Assembly: GCF_006345805.1 (NCBI RefSeq)
Contig: NW_021833769.1
Coordinates: 1 to 55,439, forward strand
Length of the DNA stretch: 55,439 bases
Direction: 5' to 3'
Source: Octopus sinensis
Lineage: Eukaryota
Shown piece by piece: positions 1 to 12,338 of this stretch. The notes below the pieces were generated by a model. It was not told the DNA's origin, searched no databases, and saw only the letters and a program-made list of their open reading frames with translations. The translations under genes were made by a program, and so were the position numbers. Each line of letters begins with the position of its first letter. Position 1 is the stretch's first letter.

Positions 1-187
1 GTAAAAGACAGACGAAATACCGCAAAAGATTTCACTCGGCTGCTAACGATTCTACCAGCTCGCCGCCTTGAAAGGATGAAAGGCAAAGTCGAGCTCGGCG
101 GAATTTGAACTCAGAACGTAGCGGCAGACGAAATACCGCTAAGCATTTCGCCCGGCGTGCTAACGTTTCTGCCAGCTCACCGCCTTG
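1..187 (-). mobile_element. tRNA-derived SINE (family A), two 5' heads in tandem
   Basis: Reverse complement reads GGCGGTGAGCTGGCAGAAACGTTAGCACG...GTTCTGAGTTCAAATTCCGCC, with A-box and B-box-like motifs. The same sequence recurs at 14.1, 16.1, 29.0, 33.0 and 40.0 kb. Confidence 0.85.
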
Positions 188-492
188 CTCTGATCTTATG
201 CCGCCAATATGAGACCTTCAGTCTCTACTTTCAGTCTCTACTTTCAGTCCTGGACTTCTCTGCCACGGATCAGTTGTTGCTTGGTCTACATCAGCATTTC
301 GGCTTTCGAAGTTCATGCAGTGGCTTCTGGCTCCAGTGCTCCTTAATTTGTTTCAGACCGTTCTTTTTCTGCAGTCTGCTTGATCTATTTTGCTTGTTTG
401 GGGGCAGTAATGTCAGGTTCTTCTAATTCAGGGTTAATGCGAAGCACCCTTGCGAATTTGAGAGCTTCCTTGATAAGAGAATGCGATTTTGC
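188..492 (-). pseudogene. Degenerate R4/Dong-type LINE ORF fragment
   Basis: Across frameshifts it reads W-S-QKPLH and WQRSPGLKVETE-GLILAA*DQS, matching RWQEKPLHG and WLRSSGLKAETEGFLIAAQDQS in the 9.8-10.9 kb copy. Contains a short tandem duplication (tcagtctctactt x2). Confidence 0.75.
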
Positions 493-514
493 ATTATTAT
501 TCTTATTCTTATCC

Positions 515-644
515 TTAATTTCTTCTTCTTCTTCTTCTTCTTCTTCTTCTTCTTCTTCTTCTTCTTCTTCTTCTTCTTCTTCTTTTCTTCTCTTCTCTTC
601 TTCTTCTTCTTCGTCTTCTTCTTCTTCTTCCTCTTCATTAGTAC

Positions 645-675
<31 letters not shown>
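515..675. repeat. (TTC)n plus (TTA)n microsatellite
   Basis: Direct reading; source of the poly-S/F/E/K ORFs. Confidence 0.95.
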
Positions 676-721
676 GACTCTCATGTCTTCTGATCTTAAC
701 TGATTAGAAGTGTTATCATGT

Positions 722-1119
722 AGATGGTCTACAGCAAATATTCTGCTGAATACCACAAATTTTAAACGTTTCAGCATGTCCCTTAGTGGCTGGTGATATG
801 TGCATCTCTGATCACGAGCAGAAGTAATGGGGAAGCATCATAGCCATGTGTTGAAAGAAATTCTTTGGGGTTTGGATAATTCACGTTTGGAAACATGGGC
901 GTGTTGTTCAACAACCGTATACAACCCTTATTCAGGGACCTTTTAAGCATGATGGGCTACTCAACCTGAATAAAAATACTAACTGGGCCCCACATGCAAG
1001 GTCATGTGCTGAATATCTTGATATGAGATCACCATGTCGCGTCACACACATATGGTTGGATGGTCTTCATACATTTGTACCCCAAAGTCTCTTCCATGCA
1101 ATTCACTTCTCTCTCACAC
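722..1119 (+). mobile_element. Non-coding interspersed repeat, 3' end abutting TAA/CAA repeats
   Basis: Homologous to the reverse complement of 39279-39724 (shared cccttagtggctg, gtgcatctctgatca, caacccttattcaggga, ctaactgggcccca). Confidence 0.75.
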
Positions 1120-1156
1120 AATATCAATAACAGCAACAACAATAATAATAATAATT

Positions 1157-1191
<35 letters not shown>

Positions 1192-1249
1192 ATGATGATG
1201 ATGATAAAAATAAAAATTATAAAGATGATGATGATAATAATGATTTCAC

Positions 1250-1415
1250 ATTTTCGCACAAGGCCAGTAAATACTGAGAAAGGGCTGGTCGATTACATCA
1301 ACCCCAGTTTTCAAGTGCTATATATTTTATCGACCCTGAAAAGATATGTAAAATTGATCTCAGAACATGGAGACTGACGAAATAACAGCAACCATTCCGT
1401 CCAGTTTGCTAACGA
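1250..1415 (-). mobile_element. Degenerate family A SINE
   Basis: Recognisable cacaagg...gtcgattacatcaaccccag...ttatcgaccc...gacgaaata...gctaacgattctg. Confidence 0.6.
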
Positions 1416-1434
1416 TTCTGTCAAATCATCGGCT

Positions 1435-1462
1435 TAATAATAATAATAATAATAATATATAC

Positions 1463-1526
<64 letters not shown>

Positions 1527-1692
1527 TGATGATGATGATGATAATAATAATAATATTAATAATAATAATAATAATGATGATGATGATGATGATGATAGTG
1601 GTGATGGTGATGATGGTGATGATGGTGATGGTGATAGTGGTGATGGTGATGATGGTGGTGTGTTGATGATGGTGATGATGGTGATGGTGATG
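1435..1692. repeat. (TAA)n/(GAT)n/(GGT)n compound microsatellite
   Basis: Direct reading. Confidence 0.95.
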
Positions 1693-2140
1693 GCCCTGGC
1701 TGTAATTGTGATGTCGACAGTGATGTTAATTTTTTAAAAATAATAACGTTGACTCTGTACGTTAATAATATGTAATAAGTTGATTCTCTGTTACACTATC
1801 GTGGAATTCTATCTGTAACGTATCAGATAGTTTTTTTTTTATATTTTGACATGTCAGGAGATACAGAATATATCTACTCCATACATGTTAGCTAAATAAA
1901 ATGTTTGATTTGTTGAGAATGCGGATTAATATATCACGAGATTACTCAGCTTTCAACCGTTAGAATTTCAAAAAAAAAAAAAAAATTCAACAAACATATT
2001 GATTTTAGAAGACATATACAAAAAATAAATATTAATTCTGAACAGGTGTTTAAGATGGAATCTCTATGAAACAGTATATTCGTTTTCTCTGTGTGGCAAA
2101 GATCACAGCTATCATTTTCTAAATTTTAGATGTATATATA

Positions 2141-2180
<40 letters not shown>

Positions 2181-2854
2181 ATTATATTATATATATGCTT
2201 ATATGCGTGTATGTATATATATATATATATATATATTATATATTATAATATATAATATGTATATATATGTTTCATATATACACACAAACACGCACGCGCA
2301 CATACACGCACACGCAACACCACACACGCGCGAACACACACGCTTATATACACACACCAAGAGAGAAAGCGATGCAGAGAACGAGAGATCGAGAAACATA
2401 TATATTAAAGTTATTCTAATTTAAAGAACTACGATCTTGTTCTTTTTTATTAGGTTCCCAAAGAAACGTATAATGCAGAGTCACGTAATTTATTAATAAA
2501 TTTTATCTCAGGCTGATTTTCAAATGGTTTAAACCTCAAACTTTTTCAACGAGAGAATATAATATTTAATATTTGCAAAAGATGATATCATTCCACGAAG
2601 ATGAGTTCTGGGAGAAATATAAATTCCAGTACGGCAACAAAAATACGAGCACGGCAGAAAAACTCTTGTTCAATGATATTCTACTTCGGTTAGAGAACCA
2701 AAACCAAAATTTAATTGGGAAATTATTAGGAGTGTATTTGAGAAACTACATGGAGATGTTAAAAACTATTCGCACTTTTGCCATACCTTTCTTCAGGTTG
2801 CGCACACTTCATCCTGCGCACGATTATTCCATTTTTTCATGCATTACAGGGTAA

Positions 2855-3665
2855 CGAAGGCCACTCCGCTGGCGCAGTTCACCAAAGTAGAACAAATCTC
2901 AGTGATCCGATTGCTCATGTTTGAATGTGTGTCAGGGGCTGAAATTCATCGCAGGCTTTCAGGACAATACGGGGAGAACGCTCCTCTGCATTGAAATGTG
3001 TAGGAGTGGATCAGGAAGTTTTAAAATGGTAGCACAAGCTCGAAGATGGTGCAGGGTTCACCTCAAACTTCACCAATAACTTGAAGATTCAACATCAGAT
3101 GGTTCTAGTAAACCATCGATGAGGTGGCGTTTTCTCTTCGAATTGGTTATGGTTCTGCATACGAAATCACCAACGACAAGATTCACTTGCGGAAAGTCAG
3201 TGCGAGATGGATGCCAAGTGAAACTGCCAAATCGTGAAGAGTTATTTAAACGTTTATTTGAGCACTAAAACGATGAAGTGGAGGCTTTTTTGGAGAGAAT
3301 AATCGCATGATTCAGACCTATGTTCATCGTGTTGAATCAGAGAGGGCAACGTTTGGAGTAGAAGCGAAAAGTAATTCAAAACTTAACCTTCTGCAGTATA
3401 AGTGATGCTAACTGTTTTGTGCGACCCAAAATGGATTATACTGGAATAGTATTTGAAAATGGGGTCAAAAGACACCCGTATAGGCGACAGGGATATTCAG
3501 GACAACAAATTGAATCTAGCAACCAAAGAAAGGCCGAGGTCTTCTGTAATGCAAGTGTTAATTGTGCAAGACACTGCACGTCCACATACACACACTCACA
3601 CAATTGAAAAATTGAACTGTGAGTTGCTGGAAGACGCTGAATATAGTCGAAGCGTTGCACATCGA
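2855..3665 (+). pseudogene. Degenerate mariner (Tc1/mariner) transposase
   Basis: Broken reading gives EQISVIRLL..SGAEIHRRLSGQYGEN (HTH), RKVSARWMP (WVPHEL-like), FLERII, VMLTVLCD, QDTARPH (HDNARPH) and EYSRSVAH (YSPDLAP), in the correct order with many stops. Confidence 0.85.
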
Positions 3666-3699
3666 TGGCGACAATGCGCTTTGTATCATTTCGAATGAA

Positions 3700-3850
3700 G
3701 CCATCCTACTCGACAAGCAGGCTAACATTTTTCCCTGATCGAAAGGCAGGATCTGGAGCAACATAAAATGAAGTGTCTTGCTCAAGAACGTAACACCATC
3801 CCCAGTCAAAGAATCGAATACCCGATCAACGATCGCGAGCGCAATGGGCA
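3700..3850 (-). mobile_element. tRNA-derived SINE fragment (third family)
   Basis: Reverse complement has a B-box-like GGTATTCGATTC followed by ttcttgagcaagacacttcattttatgttgctccag, a CORE-SINE-like segment. Confidence 0.5.
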
Positions 3851-3854
3851 ATCA

Positions 3855-3870
3855 TACATACATACATATA

Positions 3871-3911
<41 letters not shown>

Positions 3912-3958
3912 CATATATATACATATATACATATATATATATACATACATATATATAG

Positions 3959-4003
<45 letters not shown>

Positions 4004-4122
4004 TACATATATATATACATACATATATATATATATACATATATATATACAATACATATATATATGTAGACATACATACATGCATATATATATATATATA
4101 CCACATACACACACACACACAC

Positions 4123-4170
<48 letters not shown>
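3855..4170. repeat. (TA)n/(TACA)n/(CA)n compound microsatellite
   Basis: Direct reading. Confidence 0.95.
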
Positions 4171-4940
4171 ATTGAAATTAAGTTTCAAGTTATCGTATTC
4201 ATATTCCCCTCATCTATGCTTAGTTGTTTCTATGTTCCGCCTCATACTTTTCCCTTCATCCCACTATTTATCATGAATTTATTTTATAATATTGTGTTAA
4301 TTCCTTTTTCTAGATTATCCATCTTCCATCTACCTACTCATCTGCAATATTTCACTAGATCTTTAATCAAAGTTCATACATTTATAAAACAATAAAGCGT
4401 TTTCCATTCAAATCCAACTATACACTCTACGAAACCAAAAAAAAACTTTTATTTAAATATACTTGATATGTTCTTCATCGGCTTCAAACTGGTTTCTAAC
4501 TAAAGAAGATTATTATTTAAATCTTCCTAAACCGCGACTCAATAACAGCTGCGTTTTCATATTAAAAGAAAAATAATAATACGTGTATAAATTTTATATA
4601 AATTCAAAGAAAGAAATAGATAAATGGATAGATAAATAAATAAAAATGTTTAAAAAATGACAATTAAATCTGATATATTTTTTACTTATAAATCGTTGTC
4701 ATGTGATGATGTATCTGTATTTGTATATAAAACTCTATGTATGTGTAAATGCGCATATATTTCCATATAAATGTGGATATGTGTGCATGTCTGTGCTGGT
4801 GTAATTGTGAATGTGTACGTGCATGTGCGTTTAATTGTACATGATATAAATATGTATGTATGTATATATGTATGTATGTGTATGTATATATATGTAGAGG
4901 TAGAAAACTAGCATTTATATACGTGTGCATAGGTATATGT

Positions 4941-5011
<71 letters not shown>

Positions 5012-5164
5012 ATATATATGTATATATATATATGCATGTGACAGTCTATATATATTTTGTTGCATACCGTTGTTCTGTGTGGTTAAATATAATGATTATT
5101 TTGTAACAACAATTTTCCAGTATGATTTTAATGCAATATATATAATTAGTGAAAATATATATAA

Positions 5165-5413
5165 ATAGCGGACTCGCGGTCGTAGGATCCCGTTTTCGAT
5201 TCCCAGGCAGGGCCTTATCTGTGTTTCTTTAGCGAAAACACCTTAAGCTCCACGACGCTCCGGCAGCGGGTGGTGGCGATCCCTGCTGTACTCTTTCGCC
5301 ACACCTTTCTCTCACTCTTTCTTCTGTTGGCCTGCTCGCTTAGTCAGCGAAGAGCATTGTGACGAGCGATATGTAGAAACATCTGATGGCCTGGTCGGTC
5401 ACAAGATCACGTG

Positions 5414-5415
<2 letters not shown>
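5165..5415 (+). mobile_element. tRNA-derived SINE, distinct body
   Basis: Starts with a tRNA-like segment (ggatcccgttttcgattccc, degenerate B box), GC-rich body, ends in gatcacgtgacgtgat before (TA)n. Confidence 0.55.
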
Positions 5416-5454
<39 letters not shown>

Positions 5455-5455
5455 G

Positions 5456-5490
<35 letters not shown>

Positions 5491-6084
5491 GATATATATA
5501 TATATATACATGAATATATATATATACATATATAGATATGTACGTATATATATACATGTACATATATATATAGATATATGTATAATTATATATACATACA
5601 CATATATGCGTATATAAACATATATATGTATGAGTGTATATACATATGTATATATACATAATATATATACATAAATAGATTATACATATATGTGTGTGTT
5701 TGTATTTGATTTTGTGTGCACACCAAGAATTGTTTATATATTTTTGTTTTCTAAGTTATTTTTTCACCGGCGAAGGAGACATTCTCAAGATTCCGAAGAC
5801 TTACCGAGAATATTATCTATCCGTTAATCTTCGGTTATCGTAATTCAGATACTCTGTAGGATTTCAATGTTTTTCAATTTTTTTCTTTACAAAACATGTT
5901 ACATTCTGTTTCCTAACAATAAAGAAATACATAGATAAATGAATATTTATCTTTCTGTCTATGTTTCTATCTATCTTACTTCATTTACTCCTTTCTTCCT
6001 GGGTTCCTTCCTTCCTTCCTTTTTCTTTCTTTCCTTCTTTCTTTTTTTCTTTCTTTCTTTCTTTCTTTCTTTCTTTCCCTGTCT

Positions 6085-6085
6085 G

Positions 6086-6163
<78 letters not shown>

Positions 6164-6190
6164 GATCTATGTGCCTGAATGTTTGTGTGC

Positions 6191-6248
<58 letters not shown>

Positions 6249-6267
6249 GTCTGTCTCTCTGTCTCTG

Positions 6268-6302
<35 letters not shown>

Positions 6303-6360
6303 ATCTATCTGTCTGTCTGCCTGCCTCTCTGTCTGTCTGTTTATCTATCTAGCTGTCTAT
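6085..6360. repeat. (TATC)n compound microsatellite
   Basis: Direct reading. Confidence 0.95.
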
Positions 6361-6379
6361 CTACCTTTTATATTTTATC

Positions 6380-6770
6380 TGATTCAGTCATTAGACTGCG
6401 GCCATGCTGGGCCTCAAAGTATATTTAGTCAAATGAATGTACTCTTGTTCTTGTTTATGTTTTAAAGCCCTGTATTTATTATATCGGTTTCTCTTGACAA
6501 ACCGCTAGATGTCCATCGTTCGTGCGGTAGAAACACGGAAACACAACACACGCACTCTAACACACACACACACAAACACACTAACACACACACACACTCT
6601 AACACAAACACTAACACACACTCACACCATAACACGCAGATATATACAACGTGCTTCTTTCAGTTCCCGTCTGCAATATCCACTCACAAGGGTGTGATCA
6701 GCATAAGGCTATATTAGATGACACTTGCCCAATGTTTCACATAGTGGAACTGAACCCTGAACGACTGGTT
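6380..6770 (-). mobile_element. Family B tRNA-derived SINE, diverged
   Basis: ttcagtcattagactgcggccatgctgg ... internal (CA)n ... cttctttcagttcccgtct ... ccactcacaagg ... gacacttgcccaa ... ggaactgaaccc, homologous to 15405-15815. Confidence 0.75.
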
Positions 6771-7959
6771 TAATGACCAAATTTAACCCTCTCTGCTAGT
6801 TGCTCAACAGGGTTTAAAGGTTGTCTTCGTTGAGCTCTACAGATGTTCTAATACGGGTCTCATCCTCTAGCTGAGGTTTCCGTTTCAGAATTTCTGGAAC
6901 TACCGTTGACACTGGCGTAAGCTTTTTGTTCGATTTCCATATACTGCATTAATCTTCCTTGCGCTTTCCGTTCTCTTGCTGCCTTTATTGATATCATAAT
7001 GTCAAATATGCCAAATATGCTCCTTTGTCCCTTCCATTATTACTTCAAATTTGCACCATTTTTTTTTTATCTATGAGATGGTTATTTCCTGAAAATTGTC
7101 AGCTCCCGTCTATTATCAAGCAGATTTTATGGTCAATAAACTTATAGAATGTTTCGAAATGCAACATTCCTTTCAATTTTAGGGTCCTGTCAAACCCATT
7201 GGTTTGATACAATACCTTAGGATGTATGTGTCTGTTATTCCCAGCATCTCGAGTCCCATATACTCTAAATATAAATTATTTTAACTCAACCAATGTATGG
7301 AAAACTGAAATCTACCAGGAATGATGGAGGACCCAAAAAGTGAAATTCAATATTTCGAAACTCGGAATTTCCTTAAAATTTAAAAGGTCATATAATGTGA
7401 CTGGTAACAGCAATGGAGCTGAAATTTTCAGGAATTACTAACACAATGTTGTAAACTTGGAGAAAATTTAAGAACCTACGCAATGGACGGACCTTTGTTT
7501 AATCCCACGGGTATGTCCCTCATCGGATTCAATGCGGGCGCTGACAAATTTCAGTTTTGTCGTAGATTTATTTAATTTTCAAAAGTGGAAGATGTTTTCA
7601 TGAACATTGATTTTATGATAATACTAGATGCGCTCACAGTTTCTGTGGACGACGTGTATTTATCTGTGTACACACACAAACACACTTCTTATCTTTCTAA
7701 CTATAAATACATAACATAGGTATATCTCTATTCGCGTAAAAGATTATGCTGAAATCTATATTTGAAGCTCAGCTCTCTATAATTGTTTCCAAAACCTATG
7801 TCTGCTGGCTGTTTAAGTTTTGATCTCTTAGAGATAAACTTGGAATAGTGGTTTTGTAAATAGTTGATTAATTCTAATATACATGGTTATTTCTCAATGT
7901 TCGAATGCCAATGAGGTTTACAAAACAATGTAATTTAATACTACGAGTATGCACATACG

Positions 7960-8018
<59 letters not shown>

Positions 8019-8295
8019 CTATATATCTGTCTGTCTGTCTTCTTGCTTGTCTGTCTATCTGTCTGTTCTGCTTATTTATCTCTCAATCTTAATTCTTAAA
8101 CTTCAAAGTTACTTCCATATAAACGTGTAAAAGCTCTATAAATATGTATGTATCCTGCAATCCCTCTATATGTATAGGCATGTGTATTTGTAAGTATATA
8201 TTTATGCATACATACACACACACACTCACACACATATATATGCATGCACACATAGGGCTAGACAGAGAGATGGATTGACTAACAAAGAGAGAAAG

Positions 8296-8327
<32 letters not shown>

Positions 8328-8399
8328 GTATGTATGTATGTATGTATATATATATATATATCAATGGAGCTAAACAAAGGTATTATTCAAATTCTTTTA

Positions 8400-8486
8400 C
8401 TTCCGACATATGTTTCGAATATATCACTGGTATTATTCCAAAGGAATAATATGGTGTAAAACAATGTAATCTACTCTTCAAGGAAG
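8400..8486 (-). ncRNA. Minimal type-I hammerhead-ribozyme-like motif (Penelope-type)
   Basis: Minus strand: CUUCC-UUGAAGA-(long stem II containing UAUUAUUCC/GGAAUAAUA)-GAAA-C-AUAU-G-UC-GGAAG. 5-bp stem I, GUC cleavage triplet, palindromic stem III loop; C3 is U in this copy. Confidence 0.65.
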
Positions 8487-8964
8487 TGAAGAAATAAAAT
8501 TCATCACTGAGACATTTTAACAGAAAATAATGGATATGTATAGTTATTAACTGAACGCTATTAAGATTGTTTAAAAAATCGTTATATGATATAACATCAG
8601 AAGTAGCCTATAGAATTAGGAGAATAAAGTCATATAGACTTGGAAAATATATATATCTCTAGTGAATGTGAAATTTAAGAAGAAAATTAATCTTTAAATT
8701 ATGTATAATGATAGATATCACTTATATGAACTGAAGGCGTGTTTCTGCCAATGTTTACATCGGTATGCACACTGTATAACCGCGTTTACAAGGGGATTTT
8801 TAGAAAAAAGAATAAAAGATAGTTCAGAATTAAGGAGAAGACAGAATTCCTTGCCTTTGTCATAAGGTATCGAGATTGAAAGAATCAACCAATCTAAATT
8901 AAATTATTTATCGTGGTCTTTTAGATTCCATATTAATTTACTAACAAGGGAAAAAACAAACATC

Positions 8965-9008
<44 letters not shown>

Positions 9009-9182
9009 GGTTGCCCCCTCGTTATCGAGTATGGCGATTGCCCGAAGCTTAACTGTTACTGGTGCTGTGATCGAATGTGACTTTTTAACCCAGCTAAGAT
9101 CTACAATGTCTTGTTCTAATATATGACATAGAAATAATATATACATATATACATGCATATATATATATAAATATATATGTAT

Positions 9183-9216
<34 letters not shown>

Positions 9217-9309
9217 GTATATATATGCATATATGTATATCTATCTAAATGTATGTATATATATATATATATATACATACATATATATATGTATATATAT
9301 ATATTCATT

Positions 9310-9500
9310 TGTATTCTTTTACTTGTTTCGGTCAATTTGCTGCGTCCATGCTGGAACACCGCATCTAGTCGAACAAATCGACCCCAGGACTTATTGTATG
9401 TAAGCCTAGTACTTATTCTATCGGCCTTTTTTGCCGAACCGCTTATATTACGGCGACGTAAACACACCAACATCAGTTGTCAGAGGATGGTGGAAGGGAC
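9310..9500 (-). mobile_element. Family B SINE, 3' half
   Basis: cttttacttgtttcggtc...ccatgctggaacaccgc...gtaagcctagtacttattctatcgg...gacgtaaacacacc. Confidence 0.75.
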
Positions 9501-9519
9501 GGTTTCAAATGTTGGTGTA

Positions 9520-9670
9520 AGACCAGGAGGGGTAAGTGATTACATCGACACCAGTACCCAGCGGGTACTTAGTTTGTCGACCATGAAAGTTTGAAAGGCA
9601 AAAGCGACCACGGTTGAACTTTGAGCTCAGAATGCAAAAGACGGAGAAAATGCCAGCTCGGCACCTTAGT
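9520..9670 (-). mobile_element. Degenerate family A SINE fragment
   Basis: gattacatcgacaccagtac...ggtactta...gaaaggcaaa...gccagctcggcacctt. Confidence 0.55.
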
Positions 9671-9731
9671 AGTTATAATAATAAAATAAAAAAAAAAAAA
9701 AATAAAAAAATAATAATAATAATGATAATAC

Positions 9732-9769
<38 letters not shown>

Positions 9770-9771
9770 TA

Positions 9772-10949
9772 TAAAAGACTATATATACAACGTATAGAAG
9801 GTGGTAGAGGCCTTATACAGCTGGAAAACTACTATAAAATAACCACCATAGGACTGCAAAAATACCTACTTCAGAAGGAAGGAAAACTGATCTAGATAGC
9901 AGCAAAACACGAGCAAAACAAAAAACTGTTCTCAGTATTTAAGGAAGCTGACAAATACAAACAAGAAATCATACCACCTAATAAACACAAAGAAGAAGAA
10001 GAAGATAATGAAGAAACAACAAAAGCTATAAAACAAATGAAATCCAAACTAAAAATAGAACAGCAACGAGCCATGATAAAACGATGGCAAGAAAAGCCCC
10101 TTCATGGTAAATACTGCACTAAACTAAACGCAAAAGAAATAGATAAAGAAAAATCCCAGCAATGGTTGAGAAGCTCAGGACTGAAAGCAGAGACAGAGGG
10201 ATTTTTAATTGCAGCACAAGACCAAAGCCTCCCCACCAGAAATTACCAAAAACATGTAATGAAAAGAAATATTACAAGTAACTGCAGAATATGTGGAGAT
10301 GAACAAGAAACAATAAATCATATTATCTCTAGCTGCCCAGTCCTGGCTAAGAAGGAATATATTCACAGACATGACAGAGTTGGAACCTACATACATTGGA
10401 AGCTATGCCAACATTATGGAATAACAACAGAAAAAAGATGGTATAGGCACACACCAGAAAAGGTCACAGAAAACGAGAAAGCAACCATACTCTGGGATAT
10501 GCCGATACACACAGATAGAGAAATTAAGGCCAACAGACCAGATATAGTTGTCAGAGATCATGATGAAAAAAAAATGCTTTCTAATTGATGTATCAATACC
10601 GGCAGATGATAACGTGTCTCTAAAAGAAATGGAGAAACTCTCAAAATACAAAGACCTGGAAATAGAGGTAACTAGAATGTGGAATCTGAAAACAGAAACA
10701 ATTCCTATCATAGTAGGTGCATTAGGCATGATAAAAAATATTCAGACAAATACATAACAAAAACACAAGGACTTACAAACACATATAACATACAGAAAAT
10801 TGCACTACTAGGCACTGCATACATCCTACGCAGAACACTTTCCATACAATAACCATCAGAGCATCACAACAAATCACAGCACATACCCAAGGCACACAGA
10901 GCTGCGCTCGGTAGTGAAGTGAAAGCACGCTATAAAAATAAAACTACTG
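9772..10949 (+). mobile_element. 5'-truncated R4/Dong-clade non-LTR retrotransposon (C-terminal CCHC plus restriction-like endonuclease, 3' UTR)
   Basis: RLYIQRIEGGRGL, CRICGDEQETINHIISSC (CCHC), [23 protein letters not shown] (PD-(D/E)xK endonuclease). One in-frame TAG (9893-9895) and frameshifts at A-runs near 10570 and 10735. (TAA)n on both sides. Confidence 0.9.
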
Positions 10950-10963
10950 AATAATAATAATAA

Positions 10964-11038
<75 letters not shown>

Positions 11039-11080
11039 TAACAATAATATAATAATAATAATAATAATAATAACAATAAC

Positions 11081-11179
<99 letters not shown>

Positions 11180-11222
11180 AATAATAATGATAATGATAAT
11201 AATAATATAATATAATAATAAT
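10950..11222. repeat. Long (TAA)n microsatellite
   Basis: Direct reading; 3' flank of the R4/Dong-like element. Confidence 0.95.
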
Positions 11223-11722
11223 CACTGAAATTATTCCATATTTAGCTGTGATAAATTACGATTGTTTCCTTACATTCAGATCTATTTCATAGGATTGCAC
11301 ATTTTAGCAAGGGAGAGACAGCTATAAATCATAGTGAAGCTACTTCGCATTCTACATTTACCAAGTTTACGGTGTTTGTTATATTTATTTCCCATCAATA
11401 TTAATCGTATTTTATACAATATTATGTAGTATAGAATATGATACAAAATATTATATATTCTTTCCATAATGCAATTTCTTACGTTAGTTATAATTTCGCT
11501 TCGCTATCGCACATACAGTCATGTTGGACATACCAATTACACGTATACAAAGTAGATTATAGATTATTTTATTCATACATAGCACATACATACGTACACT
11601 TATATATATACATGTGTGTTTATGTATGTATATCACACGTGCACATGTCTATACGTATATACACATGCATGTATATATATATATATATACACATGTATAT
11701 AGATAGATACACCGGTACGTAC

Positions 11723-11753
<31 letters not shown>

Positions 11754-11791
11754 TGTATGTATGTATGTATGTATCTATCTATCTATCTATA

Positions 11792-11841
<50 letters not shown>

Positions 11842-11920
11842 GTACATACATACGCAGACAGATACAATTATGCATATGTAGTGTTTATATATAAATATAT
11901 AATATATATATATATATTAT

Positions 11921-11965
<45 letters not shown>

Positions 11966-12304
11966 CATACATGTTTTCACGGTTTTTTACCAATGTCAAT
12001 AAGTAAATTGTTATCGTATATTCCGTTGGTGTTTTTCTTTCGCTCTTATTTAATTTCTTACTTAATAATATTTTTAGACAATTGTATTTTTTTTTGCATT
12101 ACAGTTTTGGCTGTATATGCCAATGTAATACTTTAAAACGCAATCTATATTATGATTTTGTTTTTCCTTCTGTTGTAGTAAATAATACATTTCTTATGTA
12201 TCGATTTTCGGGTGATTTGTGCTATGGTATCTCTACCGCCTCTACTAGAGTATATTAAATCACTTCTAAATCTGTTTATCTTAACTTCTGTGTCCATGTA
12301 ACTA

Positions 12305-12338
<34 letters not shown>

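Noticed and set aside
70-187. tRNA gene calls for SINE heads (also 15405, 33599, 34295)
   Set aside because: A/B boxes are present but there is no complete cloverleaf, and each continues into a SINE body.
385-777. 130-aa acidic ORF with poly-E
   Set aside because: The poly-E is (GAA)n; the C-terminal part is a dead Dong-like fragment and the N-terminal part is repeat flank.
2573-2854. 93-aa non-repetitive ORF
   Set aside because: No recognisable domain, TTG start, and it overlaps the likely 5' non-coding part of the mariner relic.
6780-7100. Possible RTE-type LINE 3' fragment on minus
   Set aside because: Only vague compositional resemblance; no diagnostic motif could be read.
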